Assembly (NCBI GenBank): GCA_046290465.1
Contig: JBKAGP010000001.1
Span: 6,400,001-6,464,000 of the forward strand
Reading direction: 5' to 3'
DNA length: 64,000 nucleotides
Origin: Planctomycetota bacterium
Lineage (GTDB): Bacteria; Planctomycetota; UBA1135; UBA2386
The position numbers and the translations under genes were made by a program. The notes beneath the pieces are model-generated. The model was given only the letters and a program-made list of their open reading frames with translations, searched no databases and was not told the DNA's origin. The stretch's first letter is position 1; the number at the start of each line of letters is the position of its first letter. Below are positions 26,866 to 36,342 of the stretch, piece after piece.

Positions 26866-29105
26866 GCGAGGTCGCGGCGAGCGAACGGGTCGCGACGGCG
26901 ACGCCGCCCCCGACGACGGGCCCGCTGGTCTCGGTGGTGATCGCGATCAGCGACGCCGAGGCCCGTCCGCGCAACGTCATCGAGGGCTTCGGCAAGGCGC
27001 TGCACCAGGCCGGCTACACCAGCGAGTTCGTGCTGGTGCTCGACGGCCCGGTCGGCCGCTTCGAGGACGAACTGCGCGAGCTGAGCCAGCACTGGAACGT
27101 GCACGTGGTCGCGCTCGAGGGCGGCGGGCTCGGCGAGTCGATCGCGCTGTCGGCCGGCGTCGCCAAGGCCAACGGGGACCTGGTCGTCAACGCGCCGCCC
27201 TACCTGCAGATCGAGCCCGAGGACATCGTCGACGTCGTCAAGGCGCTCGAGGCCGGCGCCGACTGCGTCGCGACGTGGCGCGACCGCCGCGTCGACCCGT
27301 GGCTCAACCAGCTGCAGTCGCGCCTGTTCAACCGCGTGCTGCGGGTGATCATGAAGGCGCCGTTCCACGACCTGAACTCCGGCACGCGCGGCTTCCGCCG
27401 CCAGGTGCTCGAGGAGGTCGCGGTCTACGGCGAGCTCTACCGCTTCCTGCCGGTGCTGGCCGCGCGCCAGGGCTTCCGCGTCGTCGAGGTGCGGGTCCGC
27501 CACCGCGAAGAACAGGGCCGCGCCGGCTTCTACGGCGTCGGCGTCTACCTGCGCCGGCTGCTCGACATCGTCGCGATCTCGTTCCTGACGCGCTTCACCC
27601 AGCGGCCGCTGCGGTTCTTCGGCTACCTGGGCTTCGCCGCGATCGTGCTCGGCGCGCCGATCGCGGGCTACTTCCTCTATCAGCGCCTGTTCACCGAGGG
27701 CTACTCGCTCGCCGACAAGCCCGCGTTCGTGATGAGCGCGATCCTCGCCGCGTTCGGCGTGCAACTGATCGGCTTCGGCCTGATCGGCGAGATCATCATC
27801 TTCACGCAGGCGCCCAACCTGCGTGACTACAAGATCGAGGAGGAGATCGGCGGGGAGTCGATCGCCGAGCCGAAGCCCGACCTCGAGGAGGCGCCGCAGG
27901 AGCTGGCCGCGGCCCCCGCGGTCGACCACGCGCCGGCGCCCGACGGGCAGCGCGACGACGTTCGCGACGGCGACGACGGCGCCAACGAGGCGGCCACCGT
28001 CGAGGTCGTGGCGGCGATGCCCCAGACCGAGGACCTGCCGATCCGCGTGCGCGAGATCGTGCCCGGCGAGGACGCCCGCTGGGACGCGTTCGTCGCCAGG
28101 CATCCGCAGGGCACGTTCTTCCACCGCACCGGCTGGTCGCGCGCGGTGCAGGAGATGTTCCGGCACCAGCCGCACCACCTGGTGGTCGAGCAGGGCCGCA
28201 AGTGGCTCGGCGTGCTGCCGCTGTTCCTGACCAAGAGCCCGTTCCTCGGCAAGAACCTCGTCAGCGTGCCGTACTCGGTGTACGGCGGCATCCTGGCCGC
28301 CGACGAACGGGCCGGCGCGGCCCTGGTGCAGCACGCCGGCGAGCTGGGCAAGGAGCTCGGCGTCGGCTTCGTCGAGCTGCGCCACCTCGAAGAACGGTCC
28401 GTCGACCTGCCGCGCTCCGACCTCTACGTGACGTTCCGCTGCGAGCTGCCCGACGATCCGGCCGACGTGATGGCGCGCATCCCGAAGAAGCGCCGCGCCG
28501 AGGTGCGCGCGGCGCGCGAGCCGCAGGCCGCTGCGACCGCCAAGAAGCGCGAGTCGTTCGGCATCACGGTGAGCGACGACGGCAGCGTCGAGGAGCTGTT
28601 CCGGCTGTTCGCCGAGAACAAGCGGCGGCTCGGCTCGCCGAGCCTGCCGCAGCGTTGGTTCCAGGCGCTGCGCGACGAGTTCGGCAAGGCGGCGGTGATC
28701 CACCGCGCGGTCGATCCGTCGGGCCGCACGATCGCCGCGGTGATGTCGTTCACGTTCAAGGACACCGTCTACGCCTACTACTCGGGCTCGCGCAACGACG
28801 TCAACCACACCGGCGTCAACAACTACATCTACTGCGCGATCATGGAGTGGGCGGTCGAGAACGGCTACCGCCGGTTCGACTTCGGCCGCAGCCGCGTCGG
28901 CTCGGGGCCGGCGAAGTTCAAGGTCAACATGGGCTTCGAGCCCGAGCCGCTGCACTACGACTACCTGCTGGTCGCCGACGGCGCGAAGCTGCCCGAGTTC
29001 CACCCGAGCAACCCGAAGCTGGCGTTGCCGCGCCGCATGTGGTCGCGCCTGCCGATGATGCTGTGCAACCCGCTCGGCGCGCGGCTGTCGCGCTACCTGC
29101 CGTAG
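26862..29105 (+). CDS. fusion: degenerate GT2 (ArnC-like) + acidic linker + FemAB/GNAT-family domain
   Basis: GT2 part (HDLNSGTRGFRR, YGELYRFLPVLA, 2 TMs); FemAB part WDAFV..HP..TFFH..GW, SVPYSVYGG, FDFGRS, FKVNMGFEP. Confidence 0.85.
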   Translation: MSEVAASERVATATPPPTTGPLVSVVIAISDAEARPRNVIEGFGKALHQAGYTSEFVLVLDGPVGRFEDELRELSQHWNVHVVALEGGGLGESIALSAGVAKANGDLVVNAPPYLQIEPEDIVDVVKALEAGADCVATWRDRRVDPWLNQLQSRLFNRVLRVIMKAPFHDLNSGTRGFRRQVLEEVAVYGELYRFLPVLAARQGFRVVEVRVRHREEQGRAGFYGVGVYLRRLLDIVAISFLTRFTQRPLRFFGYLGFAAIVLGAPIAGYFLYQRLFTEGYSLADKPAFVMSAILAAFGVQLIGFGLIGEIIIFTQAPNLRDYKIEEEIGGESIAEPKPDLEEAPQELAAAPAVDHAPAPDGQRDDVRDGDDGANEAATVEVVAAMPQTEDLPIRVREIVPGEDARWDAFVARHPQGTFFHRTGWSRAVQEMFRHQPHHLVVEQGRKWLGVLPLFLTKSPFLGKNLVSVPYSVYGGILAADERAGAALVQHAGELGKELGVGFVELRHLEERSVDLPRSDLYVTFRCELPDDPADVMARIPKKRRAEVRAAREPQAAATAKKRESFGITVSDDGSVEELFRLFAENKRRLGSPSLPQRWFQALRDEFGKAAVIHRAVDPSGRTIAAVMSFTFKDTVYAYYSGSRNDVNHTGVNNYIYCAIMEWAVENGYRRFDFGRSRVGSGPAKFKVNMGFEPEPLHYDYLLVADGAKLPEFHPSNPKLALPRRMWSRLPMMLCNPLGARLSRYLP

Positions 29106-29173
29106 CCGGGGAGGGCGGCTCCGCGCCGAAAGAACGGTGATCGCGCGCGACTGCCGCCGTACCGTGGCCGGCG

Positions 29174-31054
29174 ATGGCGATCGTCGCGATGTTGGACGGG
29201 GGCGCTCCGGTGCCGCTGCAGGTGTCGTGGGCCGCGTGGTTCGCGCGCGCCTCCGGGCAGGCACTGGTGGTGTTGCTGGCCGACGGCGAGGGCACCGAGC
29301 GCGCCGTGCTGCAGGCGCGCATGCAGCTGGTCGAGGACGAGGCGTTCGACTGCACCGACTCGGACGTCGACGACGCGCCCGCGCCCGACCCCGAGCAAAG
29401 CTCCGAACGCCTCGGCGCGCGGGTCGTCGCGGTGCCGGCGGCAGACTGCGACGCGGTGGTCGCCGAGCTGCAGCGGGCGGCGGCCGAGGCGTTCGTGGTG
29501 CTGCTGGCGCAGGTCGACAGCAAGGAACCGCGGGTGGTGGCGCTCGGCCGCGACCTGCTGCCGCGCGTGTCGTGTTCGGTCGCGGTCGTCGACCTCGGCG
29601 ACCAACGCTGGCCGCTGCGCCACCTGATGGTCGCCGCCAGCCGCGGCGCGCACCCGCGGTTGGCGCTGCGGTTGGCGCGCGATCTGTGCCAGGCCTCGGC
29701 AGGCGTTTCCGGCAGCGGCGACGAGCCGGTCGAGCCGTCGCGGCTGACCGCCGCCTACGTCGAACCCGACATCGGCAGCGACGCGCAGTCGGTCGGTGGC
29801 CACGTGCTCGGCCGGGTGCTGAAGCGCGCCTTCGACGGCGGCGAGCAGCTCGAGGTCGCGCGTCGGGTCGTGGTCGCGTCGAACGTCGACAGCGGTCTGG
29901 TCAAGGCCGCCGAGGTGGTCGAGCCGGACGCGATCGTGATGGGCATGCCGCGGCCCGGGCTGCTGTCGTCGCGGTTCTTCGGCGGGGTGCCGGCGCGCGT
30001 CTGTCGCCGCGTCGAGGTCCCGGTGGTGATGCTGCGGCCGGGCCTGCCGCTCGGCAACCGCGTGCGCCGCGGCCTCGAGCAGCTGCTGCAGCAGGTCGTG
30101 CCGCAGGTCGAACGCGACACCCGCGTCGAGCTGGCGGCGCGGGTGCAGTCGAGTTCGGCGTGGAACTTCGACTTCGTCGCGCTGATCAGCCTGTCGACGG
30201 TGATCGCCGCGCTCGGGCTGCTGCAGAACTCGGCCGCGGTGATCATCGGCGCGATGCTGATCGCCCCGCTGATGACGCCGATCCTCGGCGTCGGTCTGGC
30301 GCTGGCGCAGGGCAACGTGATGTTGATGAAGCTCGCGTTCAAGACGATCGCGTACGGCGTGTCGACGTCGCTGCTGCTGGCGGCCGGCGTCGGCTGGATC
30401 GATCGCGCCGCGGCCGGCGAACTGGCCGCGTCGCCGGAGATGCTCGGGCGCGGCTGGCCGGGGCTGATCGACCTGTTCGTCGCGTTCGTCTCGGGGCTCG
30501 CCGCCGCCTACGCGAACTCGCGGCCGAGCCTGGTCGCCGCGCTGCCGGGCGTCGCGATCGCCGCGGCGCTGGTGCCGCCGATCGCGACCAGCGGGCTGGC
30601 GCTGTCGGCGGGGGACCTGCGGCTCGCCTACGGTTCGTTCCTGCTGTTCTTCACCAACATGGTCGCGATCGTGTTGGCCGCCGGCGTCAGCCTGTGGGCG
30701 GTCGGCGTGCGCAAGCAGACCGAACGCGCCTGGCTGCGACACGTCGGCAACGCGTTCTTGCTGCTGGTGGTGGTGCTGGCCGTGCACCTGACGCAGCGGA
30801 CCCGCGTCGAGGTCGCCGACCGTGCCCGCGCCGCCGCCCGCGAGGTCTTGCCCGAGGGGTTGCGCATCGTCGAGGTCCGGGTGCGCGAAGCCAGCGACGG
30901 CTACACCGTGCGGCTGGAACTCGGCGGCACCGAGCCGCCCGGCGCGGCGGTCGGCCGGGCGCTGCGCGAACGGGTGCGGCGGGCGCTCGCGGCGCCGGTG
31001 GAGCTGCACCTCGCCTACGTCTGGCAGGACGTGCTGCCGGCCGACGGACGGTGA
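29174..31054 (+). CDS. USP-like N-terminus + DUF389 membrane domain
   Basis: DAIVMG..GGVPARV..PVVM (USP); IAALGLLQNSAAVIIGAMLIAPLMTPI, LPGVAIAAALVPP. Confidence 0.85.
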   Translation: MAIVAMLDGGAPVPLQVSWAAWFARASGQALVVLLADGEGTERAVLQARMQLVEDEAFDCTDSDVDDAPAPDPEQSSERLGARVVAVPAADCDAVVAELQRAAAEAFVVLLAQVDSKEPRVVALGRDLLPRVSCSVAVVDLGDQRWPLRHLMVAASRGAHPRLALRLARDLCQASAGVSGSGDEPVEPSRLTAAYVEPDIGSDAQSVGGHVLGRVLKRAFDGGEQLEVARRVVVASNVDSGLVKAAEVVEPDAIVMGMPRPGLLSSRFFGGVPARVCRRVEVPVVMLRPGLPLGNRVRRGLEQLLQQVVPQVERDTRVELAARVQSSSAWNFDFVALISLSTVIAALGLLQNSAAVIIGAMLIAPLMTPILGVGLALAQGNVMLMKLAFKTIAYGVSTSLLLAAGVGWIDRAAAGELAASPEMLGRGWPGLIDLFVAFVSGLAAAYANSRPSLVAALPGVAIAAALVPPIATSGLALSAGDLRLAYGSFLLFFTNMVAIVLAAGVSLWAVGVRKQTERAWLRHVGNAFLLLVVVLAVHLTQRTRVEVADRARAAAREVLPEGLRIVEVRVREASDGYTVRLELGGTEPPGAAVGRALRERVRRALAAPVELHLAYVWQDVLPADGR

Positions 31055-31086
31055 AATTGGCGGCGGCCGCGCCGATTGGTAGCTTC

Positions 31087-31323
31087 ATGGCCGCGATGTC
31101 GCAGACCCCGGATCCCAACACCGAGCACACCCGCTGGTCCCCCGGCCTGATCGGCTTCTACCTCAGCTGTGCCGGCGTCGCCCTCGGCGCCACGATCGCC
31201 GGCGGCAGCCACTTCTTCTTCGAGTCGCTCGGCGGCACCATCTTCGGCTCGGTGATGTCCGGCATCAGCTGCATCACCTGCTACTTCTCCCTCCGAGCCG
31301 CCCGCCGCCCACCCGAGAACTGA
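31087..31323 (+). CDS. small two-TM membrane protein
   Basis: M(AAM)SQTPDP...GLIGFYLSCAGVALG...; typical codon usage; start 31087 or 31096. Confidence 0.6.
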   Translation: MAAMSQTPDPNTEHTRWSPGLIGFYLSCAGVALGATIAGGSHFFFESLGGTIFGSVMSGISCITCYFSLRAARRPPEN

Positions 31324-31324
31324 G

Positions 31325-31340
31325 GTACCGTACGGCAAGT
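31325..31340. repeat. family A repeat terminal remnant
   Basis: ggtaccgtacggcaag, reverse complement cttgccgtacggtacc; between convergent genes. Confidence 0.6.
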
Positions 31341-31341
31341 C

Positions 31342-31935
31342 TCAGCGGAGCAGCCAGTCGACGGCGGTGGCGAGGTCGGCGGCTTCGTGGTCGGGGGGGC
31401 AGGCGGCGGCGCGCAGGTGTTGGCGTTGGGGTTCGATCGGCTTGCCGCTGCGGACCAGGATCTTGGTGATCGGCAGGCCCCGGGCCATCAGCACGTCGCG
31501 GGCGCTGTCGCCGATGACCACCGCACCTTCGAACGACACACCGAACGGTCCCAGCAGCGCCTTCGCCTCGTGCAGCATGCCGGCGGCGGGCTTGCGGCAG
31601 GCGCACGCGCGGCGGTAGCCGTTGGTGGGCGCGTCACCACCCTCGCGGCCACCACCGTCGAGGCCCGGATGGTGGGGGCAGTGCAGGTAGGCGAGCGGCA
31701 CCCGGTCGAGCATCGTGTGCATCGCCTCGTGCACGCGCGCCAGGTCGCGCTCGCTGTAGTAGCCGCGCGCGATGCCGCTCTGGTTGGTCGTGATCACGAC
31801 CCGGAAGCCGGCCTGCGCGAGCCGTCGCACCGCGTCCCTGGCGCCCGGCAGCAGTTCGAGTCTCTCCGGCGATCCGAGGAAGTCGACGTCCCGGTTGATG
31901 GTGCCGTCGCGGTCGAGGAACGCCGTGCGCGTCAC
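31342..31935 (-). CDS. gmhB: D-glycero-D-manno-heptose 1,7-bisphosphate phosphatase family HAD
   Basis: FLDRDGTIN, TNQSGIARG, CPHH...CACRKP, IGDS..D. Confidence 0.85.
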   Translation of the reverse strand: MTRTAFLDRDGTINRDVDFLGSPERLELLPGARDAVRRLAQAGFRVVITTNQSGIARGYYSERDLARVHEAMHTMLDRVPLAYLHCPHHPGLDGGGREGGDAPTNGYRRACACRKPAAGMLHEAKALLGPFGVSFEGAVVIGDSARDVLMARGLPITKILVRSGKPIEPQRQHLRAAACPPDHEAADLATAVDWLLR

Positions 31936-32402
31936 CGTTGCGGGTCCTGTTCCTCACGCCGCGCGGCCAGCAGGTCGAAGCCGAGCAGCGGCTCGTCGGT
32001 GCGCTGCAGCTGCACGTGCAGTTCGGCCGGCAGCAGCGCGCCGCGGATCCCGAACGGCAGCAGGAAGTCGCCGGTCGTCCAGAAGAACGGCAGCGGGAAC
32101 AGCACCACGTCGTAGGCGCCGTCGATCCACTTCGAGGTGTAGCCCTCCGTGTGCTGGTAGAGGGTGCGCCGGGCCGGCCGGAAGCCGGGCTTCTCCAGCC
32201 GCACGACGTGGTCGGTGCCGAAGTTGCCGCCGATCGCGAGCCGGTGCGGCGTGGTGTGGCCGGTGTGCTCGCCGTCGACGTAGATGTGCGCGCCCATCGG
32301 GTCGCTCGAGATCAGCACGTTCTGTCGCTCGCGCCACGCCGTGCAGGACTGCAGGCAGGCGAACGTCAGGGCGAGCACGGGCAGCAGGCGGCGCCGGAAC
32401 AT
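31932..32402 (-). CDS. PEGA-domain exported/lipoprotein
   Basis: Signal peptide with Cys; ISSDPMGAHIYVDG..G.TTP; LEKPGF. Confidence 0.78.
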   Translation of the reverse strand: MFRRRLLPVLALTFACLQSCTAWRERQNVLISSDPMGAHIYVDGEHTGHTTPHRLAIGGNFGTDHVVRLEKPGFRPARRTLYQHTEGYTSKWIDGAYDVVLFPLPFFWTTGDFLLPFGIRGALLPAELHVQLQRTDEPLLGFDLLAARREEQDPQR

Positions 32403-32565
32403 GTTCTGGATCCTATCGGTTGCGGCCGCCGCGGAAACCCACGCCGTGCCGAGGTTCCCGGGCTTCGTTCTGCGCCGATCATCCGGTAGCATCGTGGCCT
32501 CGCCGCGTTTGGTCACGCGGTGTGTCGCTGGAAATCCGGTCAACTTCCGAGGTCAGGTCAACCAA

Positions 32566-33771
32566 ATGGTCACCCGTCGATTCGCGGGCGCAGCCGCGCC
32601 CACGTTCCGTTCGTCGCTGGTCGCGGCGCTGCTGCTGAGCGGCGTCGTCTTCGCTCAGGATCCCGATCCGCAGCAGGCGGACCCGCAGTCCAACCAGGTG
32701 CCGTCCAGCGGGCGGCCGTCCAGCGGGCAGGCACCGGGCAAGCCGCAGGACGCCACGCCCGTCTACGGCAAGATCGTCGCCGAGCAGGCCCGCCTGCGCT
32801 GCTGGCCGAGCGAGGTCGCGACGCCGCCGGTGTTCGAGGACGTGCTGAACAAGGACCTGATCGTGCGCCTCGGCGAACAGGACAACGGCTTCCGCGCCGT
32901 GATCCTGCCGCTCGGCCCGATCGGCTACGTCAGCAAGCGCTTCACCGAGCAGGCCGACGACGGCAGCGTCACCACGACCGGCTCGAAGGTCGCGTTCCGC
33001 TACCGCCCGCGCACCAGTGAGGCGCCGGTCGCGCAGCTGCCCAAGGGCACCGAGGTCTACGTCATCGGCGAAGAGGACGGTTGGTACCGCGCCCGCGCCG
33101 TCGGCGTGCACGCCTGGATCGCCAACGCCGACGTGCAGGAGGTCCCAAGCGACCCCGAGAACGTCAAGGCCTACCAGACGTTCGCCGCAAAGACCAAGGC
33201 CGCGCCACAGCAGCGACTCGACGAGATCGCGGCGGCGCAGAAGCAGCAGGAGCTCGACCGCATCGACCTCGAAGCGGTGCGCGTTGTCGAGGACGCCTTC
33301 CAGAAGGAGCTTAAGAAGCCGATGGAACAGCAGAGCTACGCCGGCCTGCAGGGCGCGCTGGCCAAGGTCGTCGAGGGCCTGCAGAAGGACGGCACCGCGC
33401 AGACCGCGGCCGCGTCGCTGCAGAAGCGCATCGAGACCCAGAAGTGGATCGTCGAGGCCTACGACGTCACCCAGAGCGAACCGCCGAAGGCCGACGACGA
33501 GCCGGTGCCCGAGCAGCCGAAGGACCGCCTCGAGCGCTTCGAGGCGATCGGCTGGCTGCGCTACGAGAGCCGCATCGCGGAGCCGGGCATCTACTACCTC
33601 GAGAAGGGCGGTCGCCGGCAGCACCTGCTGTCGTGCAACACCGGCCGCTTCGACCTGGCGCTGTTCGTCGGCCGCGAGGTCGGCGTCATCGGTCCGCGCC
33701 GCAGCCCGCTCGGCGCGACCCTGAGCACGCTGGACGTCGAGCGCCTCGAAGTGCTCGGCACCAGCCGCTAG
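32566..33771 (+). CDS. exported protein with tandem bacterial SH3-like domains
   Basis: Signal peptide; GYVSKRF and FRYRP..VAQLPKGTEV.VIGEEDGWYR..AWI. Confidence 0.7.
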   Translation: MVTRRFAGAAAPTFRSSLVAALLLSGVVFAQDPDPQQADPQSNQVPSSGRPSSGQAPGKPQDATPVYGKIVAEQARLRCWPSEVATPPVFEDVLNKDLIVRLGEQDNGFRAVILPLGPIGYVSKRFTEQADDGSVTTTGSKVAFRYRPRTSEAPVAQLPKGTEVYVIGEEDGWYRARAVGVHAWIANADVQEVPSDPENVKAYQTFAAKTKAAPQQRLDEIAAAQKQQELDRIDLEAVRVVEDAFQKELKKPMEQQSYAGLQGALAKVVEGLQKDGTAQTAAASLQKRIETQKWIVEAYDVTQSEPPKADDEPVPEQPKDRLERFEAIGWLRYESRIAEPGIYYLEKGGRRQHLLSCNTGRFDLALFVGREVGVIGPRRSPLGATLSTLDVERLEVLGTSR

Positions 33772-33820
33772 CCCTAGCCGGCGCCGCCCGGCACCGGCGG
33801 TCGCGCCGCCACCGCGCGGC

Positions 33821-33856
33821 ATCCAAAGGCAGCTCCCTATCCAAAGGCAGCTCCCT
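33821..33856. repeat. 18-bp perfect tandem duplication (atccaaaggcagctccct x2)
   Basis: Read directly; intergenic. Confidence 0.85.
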
Positions 33857-33988
33857 GCGCAGCACGCCCGGCCGGACGGGCGTGCAAGCGGCCCATGGCA
33901 GCGGGGCGTGCGCGGCGCGTTCTCAGTGTTGACCTCGTCGGCACAGCGAGGCGGCGTCGGTTGCCGAAGAAGGGAGGGAAGCCTCCCG

Positions 33989-35542
33989 ATGCCGCCGACC
34001 CGTCGAATTCCCGCGCTGCTGCTCGCCTGTCTGTGCCTGGCCGACGGCGCGACGGCGCAGCATCCGGCGCCGGTGGTCGAGACCGTGGACCTGGCCCGGC
34101 CGCCGGCCTGGCTCGAGCGCGGCACCGGGCTGCTCGAGGTCGAGGACCCGATGGCGGCGTGGCGGGTGTTCCAGGACGCGCGCGCCGACGGTGCGCAGCA
34201 CCTGGAGCGCGACCTCGGCCTCGGCCGCGCGCACCTGATGCTCGGCCGCGCCGACTACGCGACCGCCTACGGCGAAGCTGCGGTCGCCGCGGCGCCCGGC
34301 CGCCAGGACGCGATGGCCCTGAGCGTGCGGGCGTTGATCCGGGCGCGCCGGTTCGACGAGGCGGTGCGCCGCTCGCGTGCCTACCTCGCCCGCAGCGAAC
34401 GGCCGACCGTCGACCTGCTCGCGGCGCGTGGCTCGGCGCTGTTCCGGGTGCAGCGGCCCGGCGACGCGGCCGCGGCCTATCGCCGGGTCGTCGGCCTCGA
34501 CCTCGGCCACGCCGAGGCGCACCTGCGGCTCGGTTCGGGCCTGCTCGATCCGGTGGTCGTGCAGATCCCGCGCAAGCTGCGCCTGGCCGTCGGCGCGATC
34601 GCCGCCGGCGAACGGGCGCGCGCGATCGAACTGCTGCAGCGGCTGCTGCTCGAGCATCCGGGCCACCCGATCGTGCATCGGCTGCTCGGGGAAGCGCTCT
34701 ACGCCGAGCGCACCGCGCGCAGCATGGCGATGCAGGACGAGGCGTTCCGGCGCCTCGCCGCGACGATGCCGAAGCCGGACGTGCGCGAACTGCGCATCGC
34801 CGAGTTCGTGCCGGCCTACCGCGGGCTCGCGCGTGCGCGGCGCGAGGTGATCGAGCGCACCGCCGCGCTGTTCCGCAGCCGGCTCGACAAGCTGATCCGG
34901 GTCGGCGGCCGCCACGACCTGCTGGCCGAGCTCGAACGAACCACCGACGCCGACGCGCGCAAGAACCTGCGCGGCAGCCGCACGTTCGACGGGCGGGTCT
35001 GGGACGACGTGCGCGGCATCGGCGGCCTGCGCGCCGCGACCGGCATCGAGGCGCTCGACGAGGCGGCGACGTTCGGCTTCGACACGTTCGCGCACGAGGT
35101 CGCGCACCAGGTGCACTTCTTCACGTTCAACCCGCTCGAACGCGCGCGCATCCGTTCGCTCTACAAGCAGGCGATGGCCGAGCGCCGCTGCCTCGACTAC
35201 TACGCGGCCAGCAACGAGGCCGAGTACTTCGGCCAGGGCGTCGAGGCGTTCGTCAGCCTGGCCAAGCGGCCCGGCAGCGAGACGACGCACGGCCACACGC
35301 GCTGGGAGCTGCTGCGCGTCGATCCCAAGCTGTATGCGTTCCTCGTGTCGCTGGTCGACTTCGACCCGCTGCTCGACGGAGCCGCGCGCCAGCGGCTGCT
35401 GGCCGCGTCGGTCGAGGTGGCGCTGCGCTGCGGCCGGCCCGAGGACGCCGCCGTCGCGGCCGAGATGATGAACCCGGGCGAGCAACGAACGCGCTGGCTG
35501 GCGGGGGCCGCGCGGGTGCAGAAGGAGATGCGCTCGCACTGA
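33989..35542 (+). CDS. exported TPR + zincin metallopeptidase-like protein
   Basis: Signal peptide, TPR-like helices, HEVAH, YAASNEAEYF. Confidence 0.75.
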   Translation: MPPTRRIPALLLACLCLADGATAQHPAPVVETVDLARPPAWLERGTGLLEVEDPMAAWRVFQDARADGAQHLERDLGLGRAHLMLGRADYATAYGEAAVAAAPGRQDAMALSVRALIRARRFDEAVRRSRAYLARSERPTVDLLAARGSALFRVQRPGDAAAAYRRVVGLDLGHAEAHLRLGSGLLDPVVVQIPRKLRLAVGAIAAGERARAIELLQRLLLEHPGHPIVHRLLGEALYAERTARSMAMQDEAFRRLAATMPKPDVRELRIAEFVPAYRGLARARREVIERTAALFRSRLDKLIRVGGRHDLLAELERTTDADARKNLRGSRTFDGRVWDDVRGIGGLRAATGIEALDEAATFGFDTFAHEVAHQVHFFTFNPLERARIRSLYKQAMAERRCLDYYAASNEAEYFGQGVEAFVSLAKRPGSETTHGHTRWELLRVDPKLYAFLVSLVDFDPLLDGAARQRLLAASVEVALRCGRPEDAAVAAEMMNPGEQRTRWLAGAARVQKEMRSH

Positions 35543-35575
35543 TTTTGGTGCCACCGCCGGCGCGTCCGGGCCCCA

Positions 35576-36265
35576 ATGCAGGTGATGGGATCGAGCGGAA
35601 CGGTGCCGCGGCCGCAGGGCCCGCGCGAGCGGGTGCAGCAGCTCGGCGAGCAGCGGTTGAGCGATGCCGAATGCCTGGCGCTGGTGCTGCGCACCGGCGT
35701 GCGCGGGCTGCCCGCCGAGCAGCTGGCGCAGCGGCTGCTGCGCGAGTTCGGCGGGTTGTCGGTGATGTCGGCGTCGGGGGTGCGCGAGCTGGCGCAGGCG
35801 GGCGTCGGGCCGGTGCGCGCGGCGGCGCTGGTCGGAGCGTTCGGGCTGGCGCGCCGACTCAGCGAGGAGGCGTTCCGTCCGGGCCGCCAGCTGCGCCACG
35901 GCGGTGACGTCGCGCAGGTCGTGCGGGACACGGCGCGCGGGGCGCGTCGCGAGAGCTTCTTCGTCGTGCTGCTCGACGTGCGCAGCTGCGTGCTCGGCCT
36001 GCGGGTCGTGTCGACCGGCGTGGTGGATTCGGCGCCGGTGCACCCGCGCGAGGTGTTCGGGCCGGCGGTGCGCGAGGCGGCCTCGTCGATCGTCATCGCG
36101 CACAACCACCCGTCGGGCGACCCGACGCCGAGCGCCCAGGACCGCGCGGTCACCGAGCGGCTGCGCTCGGCCGGCGCGCTGCTCGGCATCGACGTGCTCG
36201 ACCACGTCGTGGTCGGCGCCGAGCGCTACTACAGCTTCGCCGAGGAGTCGTTCTTCGGCTTCTGA
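35576..36265 (+). CDS. radC: RadC (JAB domain) protein
   Basis: PRERV..LSDAECLALVLRTG, VHPREVF, HNHPSGDPTPSAQD, LDHVVVG. Confidence 0.93.
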   Translation: MQVMGSSGTVPRPQGPRERVQQLGEQRLSDAECLALVLRTGVRGLPAEQLAQRLLREFGGLSVMSASGVRELAQAGVGPVRAAALVGAFGLARRLSEEAFRPGRQLRHGGDVAQVVRDTARGARRESFFVVLLDVRSCVLGLRVVSTGVVDSAPVHPREVFGPAVREAASSIVIAHNHPSGDPTPSAQDRAVTERLRSAGALLGIDVLDHVVVGAERYYSFAEESFFGF

Positions 36266-36286
36266 GGTCCTTCGCGGTTTCACCGG

Positions 36287-36341
36287 CGGTCCGCAAAGTC
36301 TGCTCGCGGAACCAGACTCCCGGAACCAGGCTTGCGGACCG
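36287..36341. repeat. family B imperfect palindrome between convergent genes
   Basis: cggtccgcaaagtctg...caggcttgcggaccg with internal ggaaccag x2. Confidence 0.7.
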
Positions 36342-36342
36342 G

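Noticed and set aside
35576..36265. radC as a mobile-element marker
   Set aside because: Full-length chromosomal type; no integrase, att site or compositional shift nearby
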